DNA of 64,000 bases from an uncultured virus (IMG/VR IMGVR_UViG_3300032219_000626) (taxonomy: Duplodnaviria; Heunggongvirae; Uroviricota; Caudoviricetes), in the IMG/VR virus record IMGVR_UViG_3300032219_000626; one strand, written 5' to 3'. Every line of letters starts with the position of its first letter. Position 1 is the stretch's first letter. Below the pieces are notes generated by a model. It ran no database searches and was not told the origin of the DNA. It saw only the letters and a list, made by a program, of their open reading frames with translations. Shown here piece after piece: positions 1-9,635 of this stretch. A program made the translations under genes and the position numbers.

Positions 1-763
1 GTAGTGCTTCATTCATTGGCAAACACAATCCACCATATCTGCGAGGAAGAATCATAAAGTCAAAGCCTGTATATAGTTCTGCTCTATCATCTGGATTACT
101 GTTATCTATAGTTAATCTAGGGTCGTCACATTCTGGCTTAAAGTCGCCCTGCACGGTAACAACAAGTTCATAGTCAGCCTTGGAATGTTTAAGCATTTCA
201 ATAACAGTGTTGGTTCCATTTCTATCTTTAGCTGCCCTCTTGCCAGCAACATGAAGTATACGCTTGTGAGTCTTAGCAATATTTACCTCTTTAGCAGCAT
301 TAAAAATTGCTGGGGTAGTTGGTGGTGGAAGATGCATAACACTAGACTTATAAGTAAAATACTTTTGCATAATATCTATATTCCATGTAGTGGGACCAAG
401 AAGAATGTTGGGTTGCCTCATTCCATCAATAACAAAGTATTCAAAAAACTCGTAGTTGTATTGCAAGATTGTTTTGATTCCACGTCTATGGGCTAATGCA
501 GCAAGCCTTTTATTATAAAATATTTCACAACTAATTATTACATCCACACTATTTAAAAAAGTGTTTACCTCTATGGTAGATGCAAAACCATTTTTAGTTG
601 TCAAAACATCGTATTTATTGTACCATTCTGGAAACTGCTTGTTGCCATTAAAGTGTGATGAATCAATCAACAAAATTTTATGTGGATTCAGCATCTCAAC
701 AAGTTCTTTAGTCTGGTAACCAAGACCAGTCTTGTCTGCCCTAGCAATAATTCCTAGCCTCAT
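1..763 (-). CDS. GT-B (GT4-like) glycosyltransferase, runs off the left edge
   Basis: Hand-translated, not in the ORF track: MRLGIIARADKTGLGYQT...FDFMILPRRYGGLCLPMNEAL resembles the GT4 PSxxEGFGLPxxEA motif; ATGA overlap with upstream gene. Confidence 0.75.
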   Translation of the reverse strand, partial: MRLGIIARADKTGLGYQTKELVEMLNPHKILLIDSSHFNGNKQFPEWYNKYDVLTTKNGFASTIEVNTFLNSVDVIISCEIFYNKRLAALAHRRGIKTILQYNYEFFEYFVIDGMRQPNILLGPTTWNIDIMQKYFTYKSSVMHLPPPTTPAIFNAAKEVNIAKTHKRILHVAGKRAAKDRNGTNTVIEMLKHSKADYELVVTVQGDFKPECDDPRLTIDNSNPDDRAELYTGFDFMILPRRYGGLCLPMNEAL

Positions 764-1533
764 GTCTCAGTCAATCCCCAAGAAATATCGTCACCAGTAA
801 ACTTCTTGAGTCCTTGGCGACCATCTGTGTGGTAAGAACGTTTGTTATTTGTCTTGTTTGGATAATAAATCCAAAGCTTGTGCTTTTCCCAACCCTCTTT
901 AGACTTGTTGTTTCTCCAAGGAATAATATATTCTTCATAGGCAACGCTATGCATATAGTCTTCAATAAATGTTTTTTCTGGCATATCTGCTAAAACTATT
1001 TCTTTGTAATAGGAAACTTTAGATAGGTGAGGTCTTTGACTCCATTGAACTGTTTCTAAAAACTTTTCAGACCAGTCTAACATCAGCCAATCGTGAACAT
1101 CTGGCACTAGTGCCTCGTGATAAAAACGAATAGTGTTTGCTTTGCCAGACTCAATGTGATTGATACAAGCATCCCAGTCAATTAGTTCATCAATTACGAG
1201 TGGGGTGTCTCCTTCAATATAAACCATTAGAGGAGTCTTAATTAAATCAATTGTTTTTTTCATCATAGTGCTCTGGTGTGAATGTTCTTCAAAAATGATT
1301 GGTAAAATATTTTCATATTCATGCAAGCATTTCCAAAGCATTCTTGTTTTATACTCGTCATACTGTCTTTTGCGGTGACTCTGCTCTTCTCTAAGCCCAT
1401 CAATCTGAAGAATGATTTCGCTATCTGGTAAGTGATGTCTAATGCTTTTAATTGTTTCTTCAACAATATATGTTTCTGGGTGGCTAGGAATTACCGAGGT
1501 AACCAAAACAACTGTGATATCTTTTTTATTCAT
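760..1533 (-). CDS. putative GT-A fold glycosyltransferase
   Basis: N-terminal ITVVLVTS, YIEGD acidic motif, inside a coupled GT operon. Confidence 0.55.
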   Translation of the reverse strand: MNKKDITVVLVTSVIPSHPETYIVEETIKSIRHHLPDSEIILQIDGLREEQSHRKRQYDEYKTRMLWKCLHEYENILPIIFEEHSHQSTMMKKTIDLIKTPLMVYIEGDTPLVIDELIDWDACINHIESGKANTIRFYHEALVPDVHDWLMLDWSEKFLETVQWSQRPHLSKVSYYKEIVLADMPEKTFIEDYMHSVAYEEYIIPWRNNKSKEGWEKHKLWIYYPNKTNNKRSYHTDGRQGLKKFTGDDISWGLTET

Positions 1534-2386
1534 TTATTTGCTCCATAATCTTATATGCAAAATCTCTCTTATACTTTATCCACCAGCTAACTGCCCTGTG
1601 CATATTTGCAGGATAGTCTAGCAATTCGTTTTCCACAATATAAAAAAGTTTTTTCCATCTTGTAGTTTTTGGAATAAAGGGTGTTTTTTGTTCAAACATA
1701 AAATCCCAAAAATTTTGTGTTTCATTCAGTGAGTTTTTTAAATCTCCAACAGGTATAGACAAGAGTTCCAGTGCTTCATAAAACCTAAAAGAGTCTATGG
1801 TGGATGTTCCTGCTGGAGCTGGAACAACTATAGATTCGGTTATATGTTTGTAATATTCTTTTGGTTTGTAGCCTTGGGTAAATCCATTAGTAGGGTTAAA
1901 CAAACTTCTCGGAATAGTTGGCATAAATTCAGCAAGCTCTTGTCTTCTACAGTGGGAAATCTGTCCAGAAAAGAACACAGCATTCTTTTTTTTAGAGTAT
2001 TCTGGCAAATTATCTTTCATATGCGATGGACATCCAATAGGCATCTTGTTAAACTGATTATGCCTATCTGGATAAGGAGACTGAATCCATATTTCTATAT
2101 TGTTATGAGATATTTTGTCTGCTCTAAATACACCACGCTCGTCGCCAGTTATAAAAAGAACAACTCTTTTAACTTTATTTAGCTCAGAAGAAACTTCGTT
2201 TATTAGTTGCTTGTTTTCAAAGCCACAAATAACTACAAAAGCTCTGTCGCATTCTGGCAATGAGGTAACTTCAGAATACTCAATCTTGTTTTTATCAAAA
2301 GCTTCTTTGACAAAACCAAAGTCCCACTTGTGGTCTGCAAAACTTTTTCCATCTACGCCCAGTAGATATGCTTTAATATCACTCAT
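1526..2386 (-). CDS. exostosin/GT47-like glycosyltransferase
   Basis: VFFSGQ...RRQEL...VPAPAG..IDSFRFYEALELLSIPV matches the exostosin-like C-terminal pattern; start moved to MSDIKAY. Confidence 0.6.
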   Translation of the reverse strand: MSDIKAYLLGVDGKSFADHKWDFGFVKEAFDKNKIEYSEVTSLPECDRAFVVICGFENKQLINEVSSELNKVKRVVLFITGDERGVFRADKISHNNIEIWIQSPYPDRHNQFNKMPIGCPSHMKDNLPEYSKKKNAVFFSGQISHCRRQELAEFMPTIPRSLFNPTNGFTQGYKPKEYYKHITESIVVPAPAGTSTIDSFRFYEALELLSIPVGDLKNSLNETQNFWDFMFEQKTPFIPKTTRWKKLFYIVENELLDYPANMHRAVSWWIKYKRDFAYKIMEQINE

Positions 2387-3089
2387 AGTAAAGGTGTGCC
2401 TCGTGCTGATAGTCAATTAGTGTTTCTTCATATCCAAATTCATCTCTAAGCCAGTGACGAAGTTCTGCAAGATATTTGCCATACTGGTGGAACATAAATT
2501 CTGGGTGACCAGATAGCCAAATCTTTGGCTTATAATTTTTAAGAACGTGATATGCTCCACCAAGAACCTTCCACTCGCTGCCCTCAACGTCAATTGTGAT
2601 GGCGGTAGGTGCTTTAATCCCGTAGTCATAAACACAAGAATCAATAGTAATCTGACCGTAGTTGTCTCCTTCAAGGTAAAGTTCTTTAAATCCATGAGCT
2701 GCCTCAATTATTTGTTTTGATTCTGGTGGAAACTCATTCTTGTATACCCTAGCAAGTTTGTTAATCTGGTCTGAAGCAAAAGCAGGTATACACGCTAATG
2801 GCAATTCCAGGTTATTGGCTTCCCAAACTGCTGGCATATGAGACCACACCTTTGGGTTAGGCTCAAACAAAACTACTTCGGCTCCCCACATTTGACACAG
2901 TGCTGGCATCTCTCCCTCTTCAGCCCCAACGTAATAGATTACGTCTCCTTTGCCAAGACCATTATGCATAGACTTTAGCCTAGGTTTTTCCCAACCTTTT
3001 TCCGTATACCACTCTGGTCGTTCTGCTCTATGTTTAGGTAGTACCATTTCCCATTCTCCATTGAGAATAGCTTTTACCATTTCAGTCAT
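2379..3089 (-). CDS. FkbM-family SAM-dependent methyltransferase
   Basis: YYVGAEEG, VLFEPNP and IDVEGSEWKVLGGA motifs. Confidence 0.8.
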   Translation of the reverse strand: MTEMVKAILNGEWEMVLPKHRAERPEWYTEKGWEKPRLKSMHNGLGKGDVIYYVGAEEGEMPALCQMWGAEVVLFEPNPKVWSHMPAVWEANNLELPLACIPAFASDQINKLARVYKNEFPPESKQIIEAAHGFKELYLEGDNYGQITIDSCVYDYGIKAPTAITIDVEGSEWKVLGGAYHVLKNYKPKIWLSGHPEFMFHQYGKYLAELRHWLRDEFGYEETLIDYQHEAHLYYE

Positions 3090-3748
3090 TCTAAATACCT
3101 GCCTTTTGTTATTTTGCTAACATGATTTTCATCATCCTCTTTTGGAAAGTATTTCATATCAGCGTCTTTTTTATTAAATGGTGTCGGATAGTATTCTTCT
3201 ATCTGATTTCCACCACCAGGATAATGTCCCCATTTATTGTAAAAATATTGATGAAGAATGTTATCATTAGACCTTACCCCACCAATATTAATGCTGTGTC
3301 CCATAATTGTATCAGACACATCAAAAGTTATTTTTTCCCACTTAACATTAGGAATTGCTTTCTTAATTCTAATTGCGTAATCTAAATCATCGTATCCATA
3401 TGGAGTAAAGTTTTCATCCCATTCTCCAACGGCATCGATAACGTCTCTTCTAAAAGCCATCAAGTGCCAACCAAACAATGGCTTTCCCTCAACAACCTGG
3501 GCATCAGTTTTTGATAAATGTTCTATGATATCTAAGCCACCACTATCTCCAAACCTAATTGCCGCACTTGCAATAATAAGCCAGTCTGCATCATCTTCAT
3601 AAAGTTTTTTAACTCCAAGATTGTGACTAGCCATTACACCAAGATTGTTCTCAGTGTTATCTATTTCAAGAATATCTAGTTTACAGTTTTTCATAAACTT
3701 GTCACGAAACTCTTTTACACGAAATGGCAAACACACTACATATTTCAT
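3086..3748 (-). CDS. GT2-like glycosyltransferase
   Basis: AFRRDVIDAVGEWDENFTPYGYDDLDYAIR is a typical GT2 C-terminal motif. Confidence 0.75.
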   Translation of the reverse strand: MKYVVCLPFRVKEFRDKFMKNCKLDILEIDNTENNLGVMASHNLGVKKLYEDDADWLIIASAAIRFGDSGGLDIIEHLSKTDAQVVEGKPLFGWHLMAFRRDVIDAVGEWDENFTPYGYDDLDYAIRIKKAIPNVKWEKITFDVSDTIMGHSINIGGVRSNDNILHQYFYNKWGHYPGGGNQIEEYYPTPFNKKDADMKYFPKEDDENHVSKITKGRYLE

Positions 3749-4710
3749 TAGATTCCCAACTCACTTAAAATAGTTTGCCATCTATGTTTGTATGTATGCT
3801 CAAGCTTAGTACGCTCATGCCCAGCAGTCCTGATTACCTCTCGCTCATCATCATTGACAAGATAGTAATCAATCTTTTGTTTTAGGTCTTGCAGGTTGCC
3901 GTGCTCATAAAATACAATTTCCTTGCCATCCTCAAAGTATTCTTCTAGTCCTACGATGCGAGGGTAGATAGTAAACCCACCACGACCAGTAGACTCAAAT
4001 AGTCTATCGCTGGTATAGTATGGATAGGTAAAGTTAATGTTGAGAGTATCTCCAATTGCTACCTTGCTTCTGGCATAGATTCGGTTTAGCTCATAGCCAC
4101 GCACAGTCCCTGTGTCACCATCTCCACCAACGTGCAAGAAACGTTCTCCATAGGTCTGTCTTAGGAAGTCAATTAGTTCTGGGCGGTATGGATACTCGTG
4201 GTGATATCTTTTGCTACCAACAAAAATTACATCGTAATCAAAGTTATCTTTGTTGTATGCTTTGTCAATATAACATTCTTCGCCAAATACACCAGCGGTA
4301 AGAAAGTGTCCCTTTACATTAGTATTATCATTAAACCAATCAGCCATTAGTTTATCTACTGTAAAGAAATGTCCAATAGTTTTATAGAAGTTGTCCTGCT
4401 CCAGGTCTTTTTGTCGGTCTAATCCAAACCAGAGGTCAAGGTGATAGGTCATTGTCTGAATGCCCTGCTCGTGAAATCTTTCCAAAATATCGGTCATTGC
4501 ATACATTCCAGGGGTTTCCCAGCCGTGAGTGTGTACCCAAATAAAAAGGTCAGCGTTGAATGCTTTAGTTCTTCTGTAAATTTTATCAGATGGCATGATG
4601 CGTTCTTGCATCTTCATTACATTGTGTCCCAATGCTTCCAAGCTCTTTACGTGATGATTTTCACTGCTGTAGGGTACTTCAAAGTTACCCAAAAATACTA
4701 TGTTTGCCAA
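3748..4710 (-). CDS. CgeB-like GT-B glycosyltransferase
   Basis: YDVIFVGS, SDRLFESTGRGGF, FEDGKEIVFY, HTYKHRW. Confidence 0.8.
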   Translation of the reverse strand: MANIVFLGNFEVPYSSENHHVKSLEALGHNVMKMQERIMPSDKIYRRTKAFNADLFIWVHTHGWETPGMYAMTDILERFHEQGIQTMTYHLDLWFGLDRQKDLEQDNFYKTIGHFFTVDKLMADWFNDNTNVKGHFLTAGVFGEECYIDKAYNKDNFDYDVIFVGSKRYHHEYPYRPELIDFLRQTYGERFLHVGGDGDTGTVRGYELNRIYARSKVAIGDTLNINFTYPYYTSDRLFESTGRGGFTIYPRIVGLEEYFEDGKEIVFYEHGNLQDLKQKIDYYLVNDDEREVIRTAGHERTKLEHTYKHRWQTILSELGI

Positions 4711-4810
4711 TGTTATTCCTTAATACTAGACACATTAATTATATCATGTTATAATTAGTACGTACCTGCCAAACGGAGGTATGCAACTCGCTTAATAGGA
4801 GATGATATAT

Positions 4811-5197
4811 ATGGTTATTACAACCAACCCATTTGAAGCACTTGGTCTAGATATTGACAAGTTCTTCCAAACAACAAATGCCCCAGCATTCCCACCATAC
4901 AACGTTGTCAAGGTTAATGACGACAAGCTAGTTATGGAATTTGCGGTAGCTGGCTTCAAGAAAAGTGATATCTCTATCACTACTGAAAAGAATGTTCTAA
5001 CAGTAAAAGCAGACAAGGGAACTGACGAAAAGGTTTATGCCTATAAGGGCATTGCTGCTCGTAAGTTTACTCGTGCTTTCACTTTGCCAGAATATTTTGA
5101 GGTAAACGATGCGTGGTTTGAAGACGGAATTCTTTTCATTGACTTGGTTCGTAATGTTCCAGAAGAAAAGAAGCCAAAACAAATTACAATTAAATAG
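4811..5197 (+). CDS. small heat shock protein (Hsp20/alpha-crystallin)
   Basis: FPPYNVVK, AVAGF, YKGIAARKFTRAFTL, DGILFIDL; SD AGGAG upstream. Confidence 0.92.
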   Translation: MVITTNPFEALGLDIDKFFQTTNAPAFPPYNVVKVNDDKLVMEFAVAGFKKSDISITTEKNVLTVKADKGTDEKVYAYKGIAARKFTRAFTLPEYFEVNDAWFEDGILFIDLVRNVPEEKKPKQITIK

Positions 5198-5202
5198 TCA
5201 AA

Positions 5203-5231
5203 AACTCCTGGGTATGAGTTGAAACTGCCCA
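5203..5231 (+). ncRNA. 3'-UTR H-type pseudoknot, copy 1
   Basis: AACTC-CT-GGGT-AT-GAGTT-G-AAACT-GCCC; three more copies with compensatory changes. Confidence 0.7.
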
Positions 5232-5253
5232 TTTTGTATGCTATAATATGTGT

Positions 5254-6354
5254 ATGCCTTATAAAGTTGGAGCCAGAGGTAGCTACGGTTGTAGCGGATA
5301 CCCTGCAGTTAAAGATGATGGAACCGTAATGGGTTGCCACAAGACCAGAGCAGAAGCTGCTGGACAGATTTATGCTATTAATCTTAGCGAAGGAAACATT
5401 GGTAAAGCAGCCACAGACATTATGGAAGGTGACTACGTAATGGGTAACACCAAGGACGGTATGGTTCATGGTCGTGTAGAGCACATTATGACTGAGGGCG
5501 GTACTCTTGGTGCTCCTGGTGATACCTATTCGCTAGAGTCTATGCCACCAAACAACCCAGCAATGTCTGTTAGAGTTTATGAAGAAATGGAAGATGGAAT
5601 GTGGGAGGCAACAGCCTATAGCATTGGCATGATGTATGTGGATGCAATAAGGCTTGAGTCCCTAGAAGGACACCACATGGAAGACGACATGGACGATATG
5701 GAAATGTCTATGGATGAAGAAGAGCGTTATGGTAGAAGACGCAACGAAATGTACAAGGCAGATTCATATACTCCAACTGCTGGAATGAAAGCTGCTGCTG
5801 CACGTGCCATTCGTTGGAAAGAAGAGGGCAAGGCTACTGGAGCAGGTACTCCTGTCGGCTGGGGTAGAGCAAGAGACATCGTAGCAGGTCGCTCAATGTC
5901 ATTAAGCGTTGTAAAACGTATGTACTCATTCTTTTCTCGCCACGAGGTAGACAAAAAGGGCAAGGACTTTAACAACACTGCCAACCCTAGCAATGGTCGC
6001 ATTATGTGGGACGCTTGGGGCGGAGACGCTGGCTTCTCTTGGTCTCGTGGCATAGCTCAAAGAGAAATGGACAAAGCTTTGTTTGCTAACTTTGGTAAAG
6101 ATTACACAAAGTCAGAACGCATGACAGTAAAAGCTATGGGCGTTGGCTCAATGGTTTCTTGGAACTCCTCTGGCGGTACAGCAACAGGCAAGATTATTAG
6201 AATTATTAGAAACGGAACATACAATGTTCCTAACTCAGACTTTACAATTACAGGAACACCAGACAACCCTGCAGTTGCGATTAGACTTTACCGAGATGGT
6301 AAGCCAACCGACACAATTGTTGGTCACAGAATGAACACTCTTAGAAGTGCATAA
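5254..6354 (+). CDS. multidomain phage protein with C-terminal Tudor/SH3-like (DUF2945-like) repeat
   Basis: Leaderless start TATAAT-N6-ATG; VKRMYSFFSRHE...WDAWGGDAG block; VGSMVSWNSSGGTATGKI. Confidence 0.5.
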   Translation: MPYKVGARGSYGCSGYPAVKDDGTVMGCHKTRAEAAGQIYAINLSEGNIGKAATDIMEGDYVMGNTKDGMVHGRVEHIMTEGGTLGAPGDTYSLESMPPNNPAMSVRVYEEMEDGMWEATAYSIGMMYVDAIRLESLEGHHMEDDMDDMEMSMDEEERYGRRRNEMYKADSYTPTAGMKAAAARAIRWKEEGKATGAGTPVGWGRARDIVAGRSMSLSVVKRMYSFFSRHEVDKKGKDFNNTANPSNGRIMWDAWGGDAGFSWSRGIAQREMDKALFANFGKDYTKSERMTVKAMGVGSMVSWNSSGGTATGKIIRIIRNGTYNVPNSDFTITGTPDNPAVAIRLYRDGKPTDTIVGHRMNTLRSA

Positions 6355-6396
6355 ATTTATCTCTAAATCATAAAGAACATATGCTATAATAATCAT

Positions 6397-6675
6397 ATGA
6401 CTCAACACAGAATTGTTTCCCTAAACTCAAGTACTGCCACCAGACTTACCCCAGCAGGTGGACACGGAGGAATGACCCTAACCATCCAAAACTCAACTGC
6501 TTCAGACGTTGTTTATATTGGTGGAACATCAGAAGTTACTTCATCTAGTTATGGATTCAAGTTAGCAGCAGGTGCTGCTATTGCTATTGACTTACCAAGC
6601 TCATACCAACTTTGGGCTATTGGCTCAACAACAGTAAACGTATCAGTCTTGCAAATTGGTTTGGAAGGAAGATAA
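6397..6675 (+). CDS. small beta-rich putative virion protein
   Basis: Leaderless start; Ser/Thr/Gly-rich. Confidence 0.5.
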   Translation: MTQHRIVSLNSSTATRLTPAGGHGGMTLTIQNSTASDVVYIGGTSEVTSSSYGFKLAAGAAIAIDLPSSYQLWAIGSTTVNVSVLQIGLEGR

Positions 6676-6677
6676 CT

Positions 6678-7433
6678 ATGGGTAGTACATTTTATCCAGC
6701 ATCTAGTGTTGAACTATCAATTCTGATGGGCTATACCTCAACTGCTACAGCAGCAGGTACAACTACTCTTACACGCACAAGCTCTTACTACCAACAGTTT
6801 ACTGGTTCAACAACTCAAACAGTGGTTCTTCCAGTTGCAAGCACACTAGCTACAGGTTGGACATTCCACATTGTAAATAACAGTACTGGAAACCTAACGG
6901 TTAACTCTTCTGGAGGCAATTTAGTAATCACTGTTGTTCCTGGAACTACTGCAATGGTTACCTGTATTAACATAGGCGTTACTGATGCAACTGGTTGGGA
7001 ATTTGGTCTAACAGACTTTAGTGCATATACTGGAACTGGTTCGGTAGTTCTTGGAACTTCACCAACAATTACCCCTGCAGCAGCAGTTGCAGCAACGGCA
7101 GCAAGCACTGCTGGCTACATCGGTATGCCACAAAACTCTAAGTCAGCATCCTACACTCTTGTAGCATCAGATGCTGGTAAACACATCTATGTAACTGTTA
7201 CTGGACAAACAATAACTATCCCAGCAAACTCTTCGGTAGCATTTGAAATTGGAACAGCAATCACTGTTATTAATGCTGCTTCTGTATCTACTTCTATTGC
7301 AATCACAACCGATACCCTGCTTTTGGCGAATGCTGGAACAACTGGAACAAGAACTCTTGCTGCTCACGGTGTTGCAACACTTATAAAGATTACCTCTACT
7401 TCTTGGATTGCCAGTGGAAACGGACTAACCTAA
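6678..7433 (+). CDS. Thr/Ala/Ser-rich putative tail fibre or virion decoration protein
   Basis: YTLVASDAGK..TITIPAN..F.IGT and W..SG C-terminus typical of fibre modules. Confidence 0.55.
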   Translation: MGSTFYPASSVELSILMGYTSTATAAGTTTLTRTSSYYQQFTGSTTQTVVLPVASTLATGWTFHIVNNSTGNLTVNSSGGNLVITVVPGTTAMVTCINIGVTDATGWEFGLTDFSAYTGTGSVVLGTSPTITPAAAVAATAASTAGYIGMPQNSKSASYTLVASDAGKHIYVTVTGQTITIPANSSVAFEIGTAITVINAASVSTSIAITTDTLLLANAGTTGTRTLAAHGVATLIKITSTSWIASGNGLT

Positions 7434-7906
7434 TGTCTGGTGTATTTGCTGGTTTGGTTGCTAGTGTTAAGGCTGCTGCTGTTGTGCCTACCAATCTTGT
7501 TCTAAATCCTTCTGCTACGACAACTAGCACAACCAACTGGTATAATGGTTCTAGATATACAAGCATTTTCAAAACGACACCAGCGTCTTGGTTAAGTACT
7601 TATTATGACTCAAGCGAAACGCAGGTTGTTGAATATTTCGATGCAAACATGCTAACTGTTGGAACTGCCTATTCTTTATCTTTTTGGGCAAGAAGGGAAT
7701 TTACAGCAAACAATGTAACGGTGCGTTTTTACTCTGGTGGCAACACCGAAGTGGAAGTTATCGCACCGTCTACAAGCACTTTTCAATATTTCAAAATAGA
7801 AAACATTTTATGCACTAGTACACCTTCTGGTGGTTTTTTTATAGATTCGCCAAGTGGTTTCTTCATTGACGATGTTGCCATTGTTGCTGGTGCAACCGCT
7901 CTATAA
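7433..7906 (+). CDS. carbohydrate-binding-module-like protein
   Basis: NLVLNPS start, YSLSFWAR, FFIDDVAI (CBM4/9-like pattern). Confidence 0.5.
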   Translation: MSGVFAGLVASVKAAAVVPTNLVLNPSATTTSTTNWYNGSRYTSIFKTTPASWLSTYYDSSETQVVEYFDANMLTVGTAYSLSFWARREFTANNVTVRFYSGGNTEVEVIAPSTSTFQYFKIENILCTSTPSGGFFIDSPSGFFIDDVAIVAGATAL

Positions 7907-7935
7907 AAAATTAACCAATAAAGAAAAGAGAAATA

Positions 7936-8199
7936 ATGAAAACACTAATTCATTTCACCGCTGACTGGTGTCAGCCATGCAAAAAGATGCAGCCCATTCT
8001 TGATGAGGTAGTTGCAGATGGTGGCGGAGCATACATCAGAATTGATATTGAAAAAGATGCAGAGCTATTTGACAAGTACACTTCTTATTTTGGTAGTGTT
8101 ATGAGCGTTCCTACGTTCTGGAGTATTGCCGATGAAGAGCTAGCAGATAGCCACATTGGTCTAGCCACTAAAGAAAAAATCGAATCACTATATAAATAG
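7936..8199 (+). CDS. thioredoxin
   Basis: FTADWCQPCKKM, SVPT. Confidence 0.9.
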   Translation: MKTLIHFTADWCQPCKKMQPILDEVVADGGGAYIRIDIEKDAELFDKYTSYFGSVMSVPTFWSIADEELADSHIGLATKEKIESLYK

Positions 8200-8204
8200 T
8201 TAAC

Positions 8205-8276
8205 GGTCCCATCGTCTAGTGGTAAAGACTCCAGATTTTCAATCTGGCAACAGGGGTTCAATTCCCCTTGGGACTG
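8205..8276 (+). tRNA. tRNA-Glu(TTC), no encoded CCA
   Basis: Acceptor GGTCCCA/TGGGACT; anticodon arm CCAGA-TTTTCAA-TCTGG; T arm AGGGG-TTCAATT-CCCCT. Confidence 0.92.
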
Positions 8277-8279
8277 CTA

Positions 8280-8308
8280 TTGACAAACAACCAAGTAGAA
8301 AGTATAAT
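8280..8308 (+). promoter_or_regulatory. consensus sigmaA promoter for a leaderless mRNA
   Basis: TTGACA-N17-TATAAT then N6-ATG at 8315. Confidence 0.85.
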
Positions 8309-8314
8309 ATAAGT

Positions 8315-8551
8315 ATGACAAAACCAGACTGGGCAGAGAGACTGCAGAAAACATTCAAGCGTAAGTATGACTTAGGCTATCACGAAGGGCAAAAATTTGG
8401 ATACGACGAAGGCTTTATGGTTGGCTCTAAGAAAGCCGTAGCAGAAGCTCGCAAGGTATTTACAAAGCTTATTCAAGAAGAAATTAAGCTAAACCCACAA
8501 CAAGCAGATGGTCTCAACCGAGCCATTGAACTAATTAAAAAAGGAAAGTAA
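8315..8551 (+). CDS. hypothetical protein (GYxxG repeats)
   Basis: Start corrected: the track start lies inside tRNA-Glu. Confidence 0.7.
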   Translation: MTKPDWAERLQKTFKRKYDLGYHEGQKFGYDEGFMVGSKKAVAEARKVFTKLIQEEIKLNPQQADGLNRAIELIKKGK

Positions 8552-8730
8552 TGCATACTGAACATCTATTAGAAGTATTATTTGGACTTGAGCACATGAT
8601 TGCTGAGTTCTTTTGGAACATAGTTTTTGCACTTGCAGTCTTTGGATTGTCCAAGGCAAAGTTGTTTAGTTCGGTACACAAGTACATTGACACTAAGCAC
8701 AAAGTTACACACAAACCAGGAGAGTATTAA
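8551..8730 (+). CDS. 59-aa putative membrane protein
   Basis: Hand-translated MHTEHLLEVLFGLEHMIAEFFWNIVFALAVFGLSK...; TAATG coupling on both sides. Confidence 0.65.
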   Translation: MHTEHLLEVLFGLEHMIAEFFWNIVFALAVFGLSKAKLFSSVHKYIDTKHKVTHKPGEY

Positions 8731-9020
8731 TGTTAAAACCAATTGAAGATAGGGTTGTTGTAAAGCCTATCGTAGAAGATATTTCAACTACCGCTTCTGG
8801 CTTTTTAATCAGCAAGGCTGACGAGAAGCCACAGGAAGCTATCGTAATAGCAGTAGGTCCAGGTATTACCCTGCCTAGCGGAACACACGTCAACCTAGAT
8901 GTAAGGGTTGGAGACAAGGTTGTATTTGCTAAGTACAGTGGCACAGAAGTAAACCACGATAACGAGAACTATCTAGTACTACCTTATCGTGACATCTTGG
9001 CGGTATTGGAGGAAGACTAA
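8730..9020 (+). CDS. groES: co-chaperonin GroES
   Basis: LKPIEDRVVVK, EKPQEA.VIAVGPG, VGDKVVFAKYSGTEV, RDILAV. Confidence 0.93.
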   Translation: MLKPIEDRVVVKPIVEDISTTASGFLISKADEKPQEAIVIAVGPGITLPSGTHVNLDVRVGDKVVFAKYSGTEVNHDNENYLVLPYRDILAVLEED

Positions 9021-9265
9021 TGTTTATGGATGAAGACAAGTTTAATAAACTATTTACACAAAGCATTCCAACAATCCACACAACACCAGGCATGGAGAAC
9101 TATCTAACCATGTCTAAGGAATTACTAGAAGACTACAAGCGTCAGGCTAGAACTGAAGAGCGAGAGCAAATTGTAGATTTTCTAAAACTACTAGCCCTTG
9201 ACCCAAGTGGAATTAACTTGCAGGGTGCTATTGCACAACTAGAATCAAACAAGGAGAAGAGATGA
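9020..9265 (+). CDS. hypothetical protein
   Basis: Translationally coupled to groES. Confidence 0.65.
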   Translation: MFMDEDKFNKLFTQSIPTIHTTPGMENYLTMSKELLEDYKRQARTEEREQIVDFLKLLALDPSGINLQGAIAQLESNKEKR

Positions 9266-9543
9266 GTGAACCAACAGTAGTCAACAATTACTCAGTTGAC
9301 ATTAGAAGTATTATCAATGATTACGTTCTTCGTGAGCGTGATGCAGTTATTGGAAGCCTAGTGCAAGCAGGTATTCTTCGTAACGCAGATGATGGCAATG
9401 GCTTTGTTGGCGTTGTTTATGTAAACTGGCAAGAGCGTGGGGCAGAAGAACATGAGCCACAGCTATCTCTAATTACAGTAGGAGCACAGCCAGTAGAACA
9501 GCCACAAGATGAACAAGATTCAGGCATTCCCAGAAACCTTTAA
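9262..9543 (+). CDS. hypothetical protein
   Basis: SD AAGGAG, ATGA overlap. Confidence 0.65.
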   Translation: MSEPTVVNNYSVDIRSIINDYVLRERDAVIGSLVQAGILRNADDGNGFVGVVYVNWQERGAEEHEPQLSLITVGAQPVEQPQDEQDSGIPRNL

Positions 9544-9562
9544 AGCGTTACACTAAAGGCTT

Positions 9563-9635
9563 ACCCCTATAGCTCAGTGGATAGAGCAAGAGCCTTCTAA
9601 TCTCTTGGTCGTAGGTTCGATTCCTACTAGGGGTG
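9563..9635 (+). tRNA. tRNA-Arg(TCT), no encoded CCA
   Basis: Acceptor ACCCCTA/TAGGGGT; D arm GCTC/GAGC; anticodon loop CTTCTAA; T arm GTAGG-TTCGATT-CCTAC. Confidence 0.88.

Noticed and set aside
8219..8314. N-terminal extension of ORF 8219-8551
   Set aside because: Overlaps tRNA-Glu and a consensus promoter
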